DNA of 64,000 nt from Clostridiaceae bacterium (lineage in GTDB: Bacteria > Bacillota > Clostridia > DSM-8532): contig JAAYFU010000022.1 of the NCBI GenBank assembly GCA_012728095.1, positions 33,350 through 97,349 of the forward strand. The letters are read 5' to 3'. The notes under the pieces are model-generated. The model saw only the letters and a list, made by a program, of their open reading frames with translations. It did not search any database and was not told where the DNA came from. A program made the position numbers and the translations under genes. Shown here one piece after another: positions 19,217-31,089 of this stretch; position 1 is the first letter of the stretch, and each line of letters begins with the position of its first letter.

Positions 19217-21410
19217 TTATATTATCCTTCCTGGGTATTTTTATCTCTTTGGGTGCATTATAAATGCTGTCATCAAGCTCCACCAGGCTCTTTTTCTTTT
19301 CCAGTTCAGGATACTCAGGGCGTTCATGATAAGCGCCGCTGAGAACCTGCACGAAGCTGTCGGCAATAATACTGAGATCCTTTAAAGTCAGATCACAGCG
19401 ACTCAGCTGATCATCATCCAGCTTGTCCTTGATAATTTTCCTGACCAGACCCTCGGTTTTTCCGGGAGTCTTTTCCGGCATAGCACGGACGGCTGCTTCC
19501 ACCGAATCTGCCAGCATTACTACGGCAGCCTCTCTGGTATCGGGTACCGGACCTTCATACCTGAAGTTCTCTTCTTTAAGTTCATCTGTTTTATCGGTCT
19601 GCTGCAATGCCTTATGATAGAAATAGGCAACTAAAGTATTTCCATGGTGCTGCATTATTATATCTCTTATTATTCTCGGCAAATGATACTTGGCTGCCAG
19701 TTCTTCACCGTCTTTGGTATGGGATGTAATAACAAGGGTACTTAGGTTGGGGGTGAGCTTATCATGAGGGTTGTCCCCCATCTGATTCTCCTTGAAGAAG
19801 TAAGGACGCTTCAATTTACCCACATCATGGAAATATGCGCCTACTCTTGCCAAAAGAGCATTGCCTCCGATTTCACGGGTTGCCACCTCTGCCAGGTTTC
19901 CTACCATCAGGCTATGATGATACGTGCCGGGAGCTTCCATTAACAGGCGCTTTAAAAGCGGGTGATTGGGATCGGCCAATTCGAGAAGCTTTAACGGTGT
20001 TACCACGTTGAAGGTTGTCTCCAGGAACGGTAAAAGGCCGATTGCAAGAATAATGGATAAAAGGCCGTTGATAAATGCAAGACCTCCGTCGTTTAACATA
20101 GTCTCCAGGCTTTTCTTCTCCATTAAGCCTACCATGATTATTACCATGGCATTCAAGAAGCCTAAGGCAATACCTGTCATGGAAATTTTCCTTCTCTGGG
20201 TGGCGTTTGCGGTGAAAAAGGCAGCAAATGAACCTCCCAGTACTGACATAAGCATGAACTCAGGATTTCCTCCCACCATAAGCGAATAGCTGAAGGTTAG
20301 GAGAATATTTATTGTTATGGCCGTTTCTATGCCCAAAAAAATCGCGATCAGTACCGGGGCTATGAATATCGGAATAAGTGAATATGACAAATCGGGTATA
20401 AATTCACGAATAACCCAGGCAAATAAACTTGTAATAAGTATGGAGACACATATTAAAAAGACGGAGTTGCGATTATAATATATCTTTGGCTGAAAATTCT
20501 TAAGATACAGGAAAGCACTGATAAATAACAGCAGAGTTATTACGAAAACTGCTATATAAAGGGGGTAATCGGGTTTTCCTTCACTGTCTATGTAATTAAT
20601 CTCCTTCAAAACCTGGTATTTATCCTCTGTGACCAAATCATCCTTGCTTATTATTCTCTCGTCTTTATAGATTATAACGGGATTTTCCTTAATGTAGTTC
20701 TCGATAAACGTATCTCTCTGTACTCTTGTGGCTTCTTCGTCGATACGGCTGTTAGGTTTGATTACCTTTTGCAAAACATCGACCGCGATAGGCTTAAACG
20801 GCATGATCGGATGTCCTTCACCAATAAAAGCGAGTCCTTTTGATATCTCCATAGCAATATTGTCCTGCATCAGTTTCTTTTTGGTGAGCTCGGGAATTAT
20901 CGTCTTGATGACCGTATTCTTTAAGTTCTGAAAGTTTCCTTTGCCTTGCTCCGACATCAGAAGCGTTAAGGCAGACTCGTCCAGGTCAAAAAGAGCCTTG
21001 TATGCTCCTTCCGGATCATATTTCTGTATTTTCTCATTCAGGATCTTAATTTCAGGATCATTTCTGACATTCTCAATAAGCTCTTCCAGTCCTTCAAAAT
21101 ACTCATACGCTCCGTTCAGCATATCACTGTTGGCGTTTTCAATGTCTATAATAACCGGGGCCAGTTTCGAGGCCTTTTCTTCGGCATTTTGCCTGGTCTT
21201 TAAAGTATTTTCAATATCCCTGGGCGCCTGGATATCATACTGGGAAATATCGCCGACCTCAAGCTTATACTTTACCGGCGCCGCTTCATATGCAACCAAT
21301 GCTGATAATACCAGCCAGGTAATAATAAGCGCAATCATCCTTTGAAACGGGTTGCTTTTAAGCAGCTTAAAGAATTTGTAATTCTTTTCCTTCCTGTTTT
21401 TTTTTGCCAT
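19179..21410 (-). CDS. pgpH: 7TM-HD membrane phosphohydrolase (PgpH/YqfF family, cyclic-di-AMP phosphodiesterase-like)
   Basis: 743 aa. An extracellular domain is followed by seven TM helices and an HD domain (HHSLMVGNLA...FHDVGK). Synteny phoH-yqfF-ybeY supports the call. Confidence 0.88.
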   Translation of the reverse strand: MAKKNRKEKNYKFFKLLKSNPFQRMIALIITWLVLSALVAYEAAPVKYKLEVGDISQYDIQAPRDIENTLKTRQNAEEKASKLAPVIIDIENANSDMLNGAYEYFEGLEELIENVRNDPEIKILNEKIQKYDPEGAYKALFDLDESALTLLMSEQGKGNFQNLKNTVIKTIIPELTKKKLMQDNIAMEISKGLAFIGEGHPIMPFKPIAVDVLQKVIKPNSRIDEEATRVQRDTFIENYIKENPVIIYKDERIISKDDLVTEDKYQVLKEINYIDSEGKPDYPLYIAVFVITLLLFISAFLYLKNFQPKIYYNRNSVFLICVSILITSLFAWVIREFIPDLSYSLIPIFIAPVLIAIFLGIETAITINILLTFSYSLMVGGNPEFMLMSVLGGSFAAFFTANATQRRKISMTGIALGFLNAMVIIMVGLMEKKSLETMLNDGGLAFINGLLSIILAIGLLPFLETTFNVVTPLKLLELADPNHPLLKRLLMEAPGTYHHSLMVGNLAEVATREIGGNALLARVGAYFHDVGKLKRPYFFKENQMGDNPHDKLTPNLSTLVITSHTKDGEELAAKYHLPRIIRDIIMQHHGNTLVAYFYHKALQQTDKTDELKEENFRYEGPVPDTREAAVVMLADSVEAAVRAMPEKTPGKTEGLVRKIIKDKLDDDQLSRCDLTLKDLSIIADSFVQVLSGAYHERPEYPELEKKKSLVELDDSIYNAPKEIKIPRKDNINETNSVQPTESA

Positions 21411-22451
21411 TTACAAGCCCCTTTCTTTCGCGTCATTCTCATACGCTTTAATGATACGCTGGACAAGCTCGTGCCTCACTACATCCCGCTCGGTTAAATA
21501 TACAAATTCCACCCCATCCACGTTTTTCAGGATTCTCCTTGCCTCAATGAGACCCGACTTGCCTGACGTAAGGTCTATCTGTGTTATATCACCGGTTATA
21601 ACCATCCTGGAGCCTACGCCCATTCGGGTAAGGAACATTTTCATCTGCTCCGGAGTTGTATTCTGTGCTTCATCCAGGATTATGAAGGAATCATCGAGGG
21701 TTCTTCCCCTCATATACGCCAAAGGCGCAACCTCAATAATGCCTTTTTCAAGATTGCTTTGATAGGTTTCGGGGCCCATGATTTGATAAAGCGCATCATA
21801 TAAAGGGCGCAGATATGGATCCACTTTATTCTGAAGATCGCCGGGAAGGAATCCCAGACGTTCTCCGGCCTCTACCGCAGGCCGGGTCAGAATTATACGG
21901 CTGACCAGTTTTTTTCTGAATGCCATAACGGCGATAGCGACTGCAAGAAATGTTTTGCCAGTACCTGCCGGACCTATGCCGAAAACAATGGAAGAATTTC
22001 GCATAGCTTCCACATATCTTTTCTGGCCTAAGGTTTTAGCCTTGATAGGCTTGCCTCTGTAGGTTACGCATACCTCGTCCAACAGAATGCTCTCGTCGCT
22101 GATCCGTTCTTCTTCGGTTAGTTCCAGAAGATAGCGCACATTTTGTTCTGTGATGGTATCTCCGGCTCTTGCTATAACCATCAGTTTTTTCAGGATATCA
22201 ATTGCAATATCGGCCCTGCTTTCAAAGCCGGATACATGCAATTCATCATTCCTTGCCGTAATTTTAACATCCAGTTTATCTTCAATAATCTTTATATTTT
22301 TATCATTTGTGCCGAAAAGGTTCAAAGCAAAATCCGGTTCCGGTATGGTTAATTGTCTTTCAACTACTGTATCCAAAACTTTCTGCCCTTCTTCCGATAA
22401 GTTATTTTTCTGTTGCAGGCTCCAATCCTGCAATATCTTCCTCACATTCAT
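21411..22451 (-). CDS. phoH: PhoH-family ATPase (KH + PhoH domains)
   Basis: 346 aa. Walker A GPAGTGKT and motif IILDEAQN. The start overlaps the yqfD end by 50 nt, so the true start is uncertain. Confidence 0.9.
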   Translation of the reverse strand: MNVRKILQDWSLQQKNNLSEEGQKVLDTVVERQLTIPEPDFALNLFGTNDKNIKIIEDKLDVKITARNDELHVSGFESRADIAIDILKKLMVIARAGDTITEQNVRYLLELTEEERISDESILLDEVCVTYRGKPIKAKTLGQKRYVEAMRNSSIVFGIGPAGTGKTFLAVAIAVMAFRKKLVSRIILTRPAVEAGERLGFLPGDLQNKVDPYLRPLYDALYQIMGPETYQSNLEKGIIEVAPLAYMRGRTLDDSFIILDEAQNTTPEQMKMFLTRMGVGSRMVITGDITQIDLTSGKSGLIEARRILKNVDGVEFVYLTERDVVRHELVQRIIKAYENDAKERGL

Positions 22452-23598
22452 ATATTACCTGTATGTATATTGTACCACTGTCTCCTTCATATTGTTTAAT
22501 CATTTCATCAACAACGGTACAGTCGGCAGGAATCCGTTTATTTAAATTTTCTTTTGCCGTTTCTATAGTTACATCAATTGCTTCATCCAATGTTAGCTCC
22601 ACTTGTTTTTCAACTATTTCGGAACTGTTTTCAACAATCAAACCTATAGGAAGTCTAAGCCCGAAAGGGCCTGATATCATTTTTTCTTCCGTAACCGTCT
22701 CATACATTTCAAAAGGCAAATCCCCGCCTGAGATTTTAAATCTTCTGTCTAAAAATCTGAAATATACGGTTTTATGTGTTCTGCCGGTTTTCAGCTTTTG
22801 GGTATATACCATTGATACCGGCATGGACTCTTCATACCATGTTCTTGCAATAATCTTTCCAAGGGCATGAACGTCACGGGTTCCGAATTCCGGATTTTTA
22901 CTTTCCAGCTTGCCCGATACAAGCAGCTGTCCTTTTTTTACTGTTTCCCCTTCCTTTATCCGCGGTGTTCCGGCATATACCTCAACTTTTTTTACCAGAC
23001 CGTCTCTTTCGGCGACTATATTGAATGCCTCATCGTTTTTAATCAGAACCGGCGGCTCTATACTGTCTTTAATTGTAATAAAGAGCTTAACGCCCTTAAT
23101 TTCCACTCCTACCCACGCTACTTGCTCAACATTCAAAGCTATTTTTTTTGCAATTATCTTAGGATCAAGTTTAAGCTTAAAGCTGCCTCTTCCTATATTA
23201 TCCGCATTTAATACGCTCATAATCTCCGGAATCTTTTCCGGCTCGCAACCAGTTATTTCTATATCCCAAATAATGGACACCGAAAGCATTAAGATAGCGG
23301 AAAAAATAACTAATCCCACTTTAAAGCCCTTTCTTCTTTTAAAGCGATAAAGGAAAAAGGGCAACCCGCATTTTTTCTTTATATGGACCCTGCACCCGGA
23401 CTTTTTTGCCGCCGGCCGCATCAGGCGAAACCCCCGAATGCTTGCCTTCATTTCTGCCGAAGCAGCATCCAATCTTACAATATCCCATAAAAGAATCTGG
23501 CGCTTTGAACAAATATTTATAAAACGTTCTATGCTTCTGCCGGCAACTATAATAATAACATATCCCCTGATATAATTCCATAAATGCACCAAAAACAT
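22402..23598 (-). CDS. yqfD: Sporulation protein YqfD
   Basis: 398 aa, one central TM segment, directly after yqfC. The N-terminus LWNYIRGYVIIIVAGRSIERFINIC is typical of YqfD. Confidence 0.88.
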   Translation of the reverse strand: MFLVHLWNYIRGYVIIIVAGRSIERFINICSKRQILLWDIVRLDAASAEMKASIRGFRLMRPAAKKSGCRVHIKKKCGLPFFLYRFKRRKGFKVGLVIFSAILMLSVSIIWDIEITGCEPEKIPEIMSVLNADNIGRGSFKLKLDPKIIAKKIALNVEQVAWVGVEIKGVKLFITIKDSIEPPVLIKNDEAFNIVAERDGLVKKVEVYAGTPRIKEGETVKKGQLLVSGKLESKNPEFGTRDVHALGKIIARTWYEESMPVSMVYTQKLKTGRTHKTVYFRFLDRRFKISGGDLPFEMYETVTEEKMISGPFGLRLPIGLIVENSSEIVEKQVELTLDEAIDVTIETAKENLNKRIPADCTVVDEMIKQYEGDSGTIYIQVIYECEEDIAGLEPATEK

Positions 23599-23616
23599 GA
23601 TATAACCAACTCTCTT

Positions 23617-23940
23617 TTAGGCATCATAGTCAATGTTGGAAATTTTGCCGCCGATAATGATTTCCTCATTGGTTATTTCTCTTATATTCAAACCCTCCCC
23701 GGTAACCTTTATTATTCCGTTATTTGTATTGATTCGTATCATATTGCTCTGAAAATCCATTATCCCCTTGAAATTCTCTATCAGTACCTCTCCTCTGCCT
23801 ATCGCTGTTACTTTAGGTCGATTGCCACATACTTCCCCCGGTATCTCAAACAGACGCGCCAGTCTTTCCCCCAGGCTTTCGCCCGGCTCTTTCCCTTTAT
23901 TCCCGGCACCTTTTATTCTGTAAATGCCTCTTTTCATCAA
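23617..23940 (-). CDS. yqfC: Sporulation protein YqfC
   Basis: 107 aa. ...LIENFKGIMDFQSNMIRINTNNGIIKVTGEGLNIREITNEEIIIGGKI fits the YqfC family. Adjacent to yqfD. Confidence 0.85.
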   Translation of the reverse strand: MMKRGIYRIKGAGNKGKEPGESLGERLARLFEIPGEVCGNRPKVTAIGRGEVLIENFKGIMDFQSNMIRINTNNGIIKVTGEGLNIREITNEEIIIGGKISNIDYDA

Positions 23941-24842
23941 CCTTCACCTCTTGCCAGCTTCTCCAGCTCAAAAACATCCCCGAATTCATATCCGGCAGAC
24001 CTTGCGTATTCAATAATTGAATTCAACGCTTCGCAGTTATCCCTGGAAACCGCGTGCAAAAGCATAATCTCTCCGTTATGAAGATTCTCTGTTACTATTT
24101 TAAACGCGTATTCCCATCCTCTTTGACGATCCACCATCCAATCATCATATGCAAAGCTCCAGAAAACATTTATATATCCCAGCTTCGAAGTAATCTCCAA
24201 TGTTTTTTCACTGTATTCTCCTTTCGGAGGTCTTAAAAATACCATATTCCTGCCGTATTTCTGATAAAAGCGTCTGTCAAGTCCCACTACCTCATCCTCG
24301 ATCTCCTTTTCATCCAATAAGGGAAGACTTTTATGATTAACGGTATGATTGCCTACCGCATGCCCTTCATCCAGCATCCGCTGAATAAGTTCGTCCTCTT
24401 TTTCCAAATACGGGCCGGTAATAAAGAAAATCGCGTTTATCTTATTCTCATAAAGTATATCTAAAATCTTGCTGGTATATCCGTTTTCATAACCCTCATC
24501 GAAAGTCAGATAGATAATTTTCTTACTTGGGTCCGCCAAATATATTGAATTATACCGTTCAAGCAATTCAGGGGCTCCCGGGTCAGCCCTGGGCAACTCA
24601 CCGTTTTTCCCCCTGGTAATCCCCCAGCTTCTTAATCCCGTGTACTTGTCGTTGATTCCCGACGCAAAGAACCGGGACTCTCTTTCGTTGTCCGGATTTT
24701 CCACCGATAAAGAGCCGGTCAGTTCTTCCGAAAAGGTTAAGGCCGATATGTCGGGAAACGGGGGTAAAGCCAGCAAATATACTGTCAATACAGCCAACAA
24801 GGCTAAAACAAAAAAGCTGAAATACTTGTATATCTTTTCCAC
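23937..24842 (-). CDS. Polysaccharide deacetylase, PdaA-like (spore cortex delta-lactam biosynthesis type)
   Basis: 301 aa with a signal/TM N-terminus. NodB motifs IYLTFDEGYENGYT and HAVGNHTVNH are present. The sporulation neighbourhood supports the call. Confidence 0.8.
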   Translation of the reverse strand: MEKIYKYFSFFVLALLAVLTVYLLALPPFPDISALTFSEELTGSLSVENPDNERESRFFASGINDKYTGLRSWGITRGKNGELPRADPGAPELLERYNSIYLADPSKKIIYLTFDEGYENGYTSKILDILYENKINAIFFITGPYLEKEDELIQRMLDEGHAVGNHTVNHKSLPLLDEKEIEDEVVGLDRRFYQKYGRNMVFLRPPKGEYSEKTLEITSKLGYINVFWSFAYDDWMVDRQRGWEYAFKIVTENLHNGEIMLLHAVSRDNCEALNSIIEYARSAGYEFGDVFELEKLARGEG

Positions 24843-24852
24843 TGCCTATCAC

Positions 24853-24888
24853 CAAAATAAAAAGAGTCATTGCTATTGAATGACTCTT
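24853..24888 (-). terminator. Rho-independent terminator after the DUF881 pair
   Basis: Minus strand: AAGAGTCATT-CAATAGC-AATGACTCTT followed by TTTATTTT. Confidence 0.75.
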
Positions 24889-24960
24889 ATATCCTACAAC
24901 CATTATATTACACAGGGACAGGCCAAAATTACTCGGTGTGTAAAAACAGACTGTCCATAA

Positions 24961-25650
24961 TCACTGGACAGGGGTAAGCCTGTCAATTTTTATATATTCT
25001 TCCCGTACTGCGGGAATAACAATATTTTCCTCTTTTTTTATAGAGGTTTTAAACTCGTAGATTTGAAATTTTTCAAGTACTCCTCCCAAAAGCTTCAGGG
25101 ATCTTTCCATATTATCAGCATGGCCGATAGCCTTTATCGTGTACGGAGGAACCAGTTGATTCCCGTTTACCATAATATAATCTCCGGCTTTTCGTATTTC
25201 ACTCATTGCGACAATTCTTTCGTCGTTCACCGAAATAGCCTGGACATCACTGGCTTTAAGCTCATTAATCAGCTCTTCAATATGCCGGTCTTCAACTGTT
25301 TTTAAACCTCCGGCTTCTATTGTTATTATAAGGCCGGCGCCTTTAACGGTTTCCAGCCCCGCTTTTATTCGCGCTGCCAGCACCTGCTGTTCCAGGGCTT
25401 CAATGTTTTCCTTCACGTCCATTTCACCGGACTTAAAGGTATCCACTTCCCTCTGGAGTTCCTGCAACCGCTGTTTTAAGTTTTCATTATTGTTTTTTTC
25501 AGCCAGAAGTTCCTCAATAATTTCGCTTACGCTTTTCTTCTCGTATTGGGCCAGAACCTGGTTCATCTTAACGCTCCTGTACTGCCATGCCACAATAATG
25601 CCCATAACAAGGCATACGGCCGTAAGCGAAACTGTCTTGAAAACTTTCAC
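24961..25650 (-). CDS. DUF881 domain protein (YlxW/YlxX-like)
   Basis: 229 aa. TM helix, coiled coil, then ...VKGAGLIITI...DVQAISVNDERIV...NGNQLVPPYTIKAIG, typical of DUF881. Confidence 0.8.
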   Translation of the reverse strand: MKVFKTVSLTAVCLVMGIIVAWQYRSVKMNQVLAQYEKKSVSEIIEELLAEKNNNENLKQRLQELQREVDTFKSGEMDVKENIEALEQQVLAARIKAGLETVKGAGLIITIEAGGLKTVEDRHIEELINELKASDVQAISVNDERIVAMSEIRKAGDYIMVNGNQLVPPYTIKAIGHADNMERSLKLLGGVLEKFQIYEFKTSIKKEENIVIPAVREEYIKIDRLTPVQ

Positions 25651-26366
25651 TATTTAACCACCTCCAGCCCTTTTAACGAGTTTTCCAAAGCGCTGTACAT
25701 ACGATATTTATTTATAATGATTTCCTCTTGTTTTTCTACGTCCACCCTTATATTGGTCAGACGCATTAAAGCAACCTGGGGCATATTTTCTATTGCATCA
25801 TATAAAATGTCCGGATCCCCGATTGCCTGTATAATGTACGGCGGAGGATACCTGTTTCCATTGACTATAATGGTAGGACCTGCACAAACAGGTCTTGTGT
25901 TAAGCACCACGCGTTCCCCGTTTACCGATATGGCCTGTGCACCGTTTGCCTTCAATTCGTCCAGGATATCGTTGATATTGTTGTCGTGAATAATGTAATC
26001 CTCTATATCCAGCTCGCCTTTCGCAGGAGCGTCTTCCATTGTAATTACAATTCCACTGCCGCTTACTGAAGTTAAACCTGCCCTGAAATACTCATAATCC
26101 TTCTTCTTTAACAACTCATTGATTTGTTGATTGTTTAGTGTATTCCCTATATTTTTCCACAGCATGTCCCTCTCGACCTCTAAATTAGCAAGCTGTTCCA
26201 TAAGCTTAGCGTTTTCGCTTTTTTCATGTTCAAGCTGCTCAGCAAGCTCCTTTGCAGTTGTGCCGTTTTTGGGCTTAGCCATAATAGTGCCTTTAAACTG
26301 TAGATTTATTAGAAGTCCGAATATAAAAAATGATAAAAACGTCATGGCACGAATGCCTCTGTTCAT
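25650..26366 (-). CDS. DUF881 domain protein (paralog)
   Basis: 238 aa with the same architecture (VSGSGIVITM...GAQAISVNGERVV...NGNRYPPPYIIQAIG). Its stop overlaps the next gene's start. Confidence 0.8.
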   Translation of the reverse strand: MNRGIRAMTFLSFFIFGLLINLQFKGTIMAKPKNGTTAKELAEQLEHEKSENAKLMEQLANLEVERDMLWKNIGNTLNNQQINELLKKKDYEYFRAGLTSVSGSGIVITMEDAPAKGELDIEDYIIHDNNINDILDELKANGAQAISVNGERVVLNTRPVCAGPTIIVNGNRYPPPYIIQAIGDPDILYDAIENMPQVALMRLTNIRVDVEKQEEIIINKYRMYSALENSLKGLEVVK

Positions 26367-26491
26367 TTAAACCCTGCCTTTCATAAAAATCAAAAAAACT
26401 CCTCGAATCTTCCCTTTTTCTTGTACCCGCAATCCCTATTTTGCGGATTATTCAAATTACCGTTATTAATCGGTATATATTTCCAACAAAT

Positions 26492-28498
<2,007 letters not shown>

Positions 28499-29428
28499 TT
28501 AGTTGTCACTCTCCGGTTTCTTTAATACATACAGTTCACCTTCATATTCAAATACTCCGATTTCCTCCATTGCTTTCTCAATACCGTCTACTATCCCTTC
28601 AGCGGTTTTATATCTGAATTCCTCCGAGTTCAACCTGTCATTGTCCTCTTTATTTGTTATATACGCTGTTTCAATCAGAACCGCAGGCATAGCGGTATTC
28701 CTTGTGACCGCCAGCTTTCTTCCGCCATCCATAAATCTGAATGTAATGCCGTTGGCTGCTGAAACCGAATCCCTCATGATTTCCGCAAAACGCTGCTGTG
28801 TGAAACCGGGATATACTTCATGCTTGTCTTCATAATAGTATATTTCCATACCGTTGACACTGGTTGCCCCTTTATATTTCAAATCGTATGCATTAACGTG
28901 TATGCTCACAAAAAGAGAGGCTTTTTGTTCGTTGGCAAGAGTCCAGCGTGCCACCAGATCTTTGTCGTTATGCTGTATTATACGCATATCGTCATTCCGG
29001 GTAAGCATTACATTAATCCCTTTTTCGATTAGTATGGATTCAACCTTTTTTGCAATATCCAGAGTAATATCCTTCTCATACAAGCCTTCGATATATGGCG
29101 AAGATGTTCCGGAATCCACATCTCCGTGGCCGGGATCAATCATCACCAAAAAAGGCTCCATGACTTTGCCTTCCGGAACAGGGTACGGAGTCGGCGTCGG
29201 TATCGGCGTAGGCGTAGGTACAGGTGTGGATACGCCAATTGTTTCATCAGGCTTTGACCCGTGTTTGTCATCCCCGTTGCCTGTAACTTTCGCAAATATA
29301 ACCACCGCAGCTACTATGGTAATCAGAAAAGCAAGAACTACGGCAGTAAAACGCGCAAAATTTTTAATCCTGTAACGTGGTCTGTGATTATAAAACTTTA
29401 AAGAAGAATTTTTCATTAGTCTGAACAC
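28499..29428 (-). CDS. N-acetylmuramoyl-L-alanine amidase (Amidase_3) with TM anchor and Thr/Pro linker
   Basis: 309 aa. MIDPGHGDVDSG, SLFVSIHVNA and AVLIETAYITN motifs are present, with a (TP)n linker VPTPTPIPTPTPYPVP. Confidence 0.88.
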   Translation of the reverse strand: MFRLMKNSSLKFYNHRPRYRIKNFARFTAVVLAFLITIVAAVVIFAKVTGNGDDKHGSKPDETIGVSTPVPTPTPIPTPTPYPVPEGKVMEPFLVMIDPGHGDVDSGTSSPYIEGLYEKDITLDIAKKVESILIEKGINVMLTRNDDMRIIQHNDKDLVARWTLANEQKASLFVSIHVNAYDLKYKGATSVNGMEIYYYEDKHEVYPGFTQQRFAEIMRDSVSAANGITFRFMDGGRKLAVTRNTAMPAVLIETAYITNKEDNDRLNSEEFRYKTAEGIVDGIEKAMEEIGVFEYEGELYVLKKPESDN

Positions 29429-29551
29429 TCCGTTAATTTTCTGTATAACTGTATAACTTATAATACACTAATTTCTAAATAAAAAATAGTAGTAATAATA
29501 ACGGAGTTAATATTGCTCTTATTATTTCCCTTTCTCTCTTCATAACAGTCT

Positions 29552-30553
29552 TTATCGGATGAATCTGTCGACATCATTGGGACCAATGTTCTCATGCAAT
29601 GCCATATTGATACCGTTTGCCACAAGTTTTGAAAGATAATCAATAGTTTCATCGGAATCCTTGGGCGTAACAACCAGGTTTCCTGAATAAGGTTCCAACA
29701 ACTCTATAATCATGCGGTATTTTTCATCCCGGTCGATATTCTTCAACATATTGTAAAATTCGGTACCCTGACCAGCCTGCTTCATCATTTCATCCATGAT
29801 AAGGTCCAGAACATCGCTTACCATGGTGGCAGCGTCCACTACGGTAGGTATACCTATCGCTATAACCGGTACCCCAAGAGATTCTTTGGTAAGCGCCATT
29901 CTTTTATTGCCCACACCCGAGCCCGGAGCAATACCTGTATTGGCAAGCTGAATCGAGCAATTAACCCTGTTCATGCTCCTGGATGCCAGTGCGTCTATGG
30001 CTATCACCAGCGAAGGTTTTACATTGTCAACTATTCCTTTTATGATATGTCCTGTCTCTATGCCCGTAATACCAAGAACTCCCGGTGATATTGCACATAC
30101 GGGTCTTTCAGTCTCATCCACCTCTTTCGGAAGGTATTCATAAATATGCCGTGTCACCAATACGGATTGCGCCACTTTCGGACCTAATGCGTCAGCTGTT
30201 ACATTCCAGTTGCCCAAACCTACAACCAAAACAGTATCATTTTTTTTCAGATGAATAAGGCTTTCCAATTCTCTTGCCAGCATTCGGCAGGCTTTCTCAT
30301 ATAAATCCCTGCTTCTTTGATTCACCTTGGGAATGTCTAAAGTTATATAGCTTCCTATGGGTTTTCCTACCTTTTGCTCCCCCTCCGGCGTGTCCACGTG
30401 AACCCGGGTAATTGCAACATCTTCGTCGCCGTCTCTTTCAATTCTTATTCCTTCCCCAAGGTTGCTGTGCTGGAGCCTGGTTTGCGTGCCCGCTCCCACA
30501 ACCCTTGATTCATCAGCCATATCGGTTCTTATGACACGTTTGTACTTATCCAT
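29552..30553 (-). CDS. gpr: Germination protease GPR (SASP-degrading spore endopeptidase)
   Basis: 333 aa. N-terminus RTDMADESRVV..., and GLGNWNVTADALGP and IAIDALASR are GPR-family motifs. Confidence 0.9.
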   Translation of the reverse strand: MDKYKRVIRTDMADESRVVGAGTQTRLQHSNLGEGIRIERDGDEDVAITRVHVDTPEGEQKVGKPIGSYITLDIPKVNQRSRDLYEKACRMLARELESLIHLKKNDTVLVVGLGNWNVTADALGPKVAQSVLVTRHIYEYLPKEVDETERPVCAISPGVLGITGIETGHIIKGIVDNVKPSLVIAIDALASRSMNRVNCSIQLANTGIAPGSGVGNKRMALTKESLGVPVIAIGIPTVVDAATMVSDVLDLIMDEMMKQAGQGTEFYNMLKNIDRDEKYRMIIELLEPYSGNLVVTPKDSDETIDYLSKLVANGINMALHENIGPNDVDRFIR

Positions 30554-30697
30554 GACTAACCTCCTCGCAGTTTAATCATGTCCTATTATTGACAAAACCG
30601 GAGGATTCATTCAAACAATAAACCATAAAATTATGAAACCCTGCGTCCGCTCCATTTATGTCCCTGAGCAGAACGAAAACTAATGATTTGTCTCACT

Positions 30698-31086
30698 GTC
30701 ATTCTGAACGCAGCGAAGCGGAATGAAGAATCTTTCAGATTCTTCGCTGACGCTCAGAATGACAAGCGAGGTATCATTCTGTGCGAAGCGCAGCAGAGGA
30801 CGGATGCAAGGTTTCTTATTGAGATAAGCCGATCTGTTTCGAAGGAAAGACCACCAAGCGGTAACCTGATTAAGAATGTATGAGCGACCCTTAAGAGGAA
30901 GACCTCTCGTTCGGGACATGACGGAGCGCTAGCGGAGGAATGTCATAAAACGGCAATATTGATCTTGCAGACCTGGGTGCTTTAAGGCGCTCGAAATGAG
31001 ATCCTTGCCCCCGCCATTTATTGGCATAAGATCCTTCGACTTCGCTCAGGATGACATTGATGAGTTATGTTTCGTTCGGAATGACA
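30698..31086. repeat. Intergenic palindromic repeat locus B (composite, at least 5 copies or half-copies)
   Basis: A hairpin copy spans 30698-30763 (GTCATTCTGA...GAAGAATCT-TTC-AGATTCTTC...TCAGAATGAC). Half-copies lie at 30771-30800, about 30910-30945, 31030-31055 (GATCCTTCGACTTCGCTCAGGATGAC) and 31069-31086. A second module, TTGAGATAAGCCGATCTG, is shared with 6570-6587. Confidence 0.85.
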
Positions 31087-31089
31087 GCT

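Noticed and set aside
23339-23581. 80-aa minus-strand ORF
   Set aside because: An out-of-frame ORF inside yqfD.
29429-29551. Inverted repeat CTCCGTTA ... TAACGGAG between gpr and the amidase gene
   Set aside because: Only 8 bp, separated by a loop of about 60 nt of AT-rich sequence. This is not distinguishable from chance, and there is no T-run for a terminator.
30680-30919. Two mirror-image ORFs (79 aa on the minus strand, 66 aa on the plus strand)
   Set aside because: They lie wholly within the palindromic repeat cluster, and their existence on both strands is a consequence of the inverted repeats. No RBS is present.
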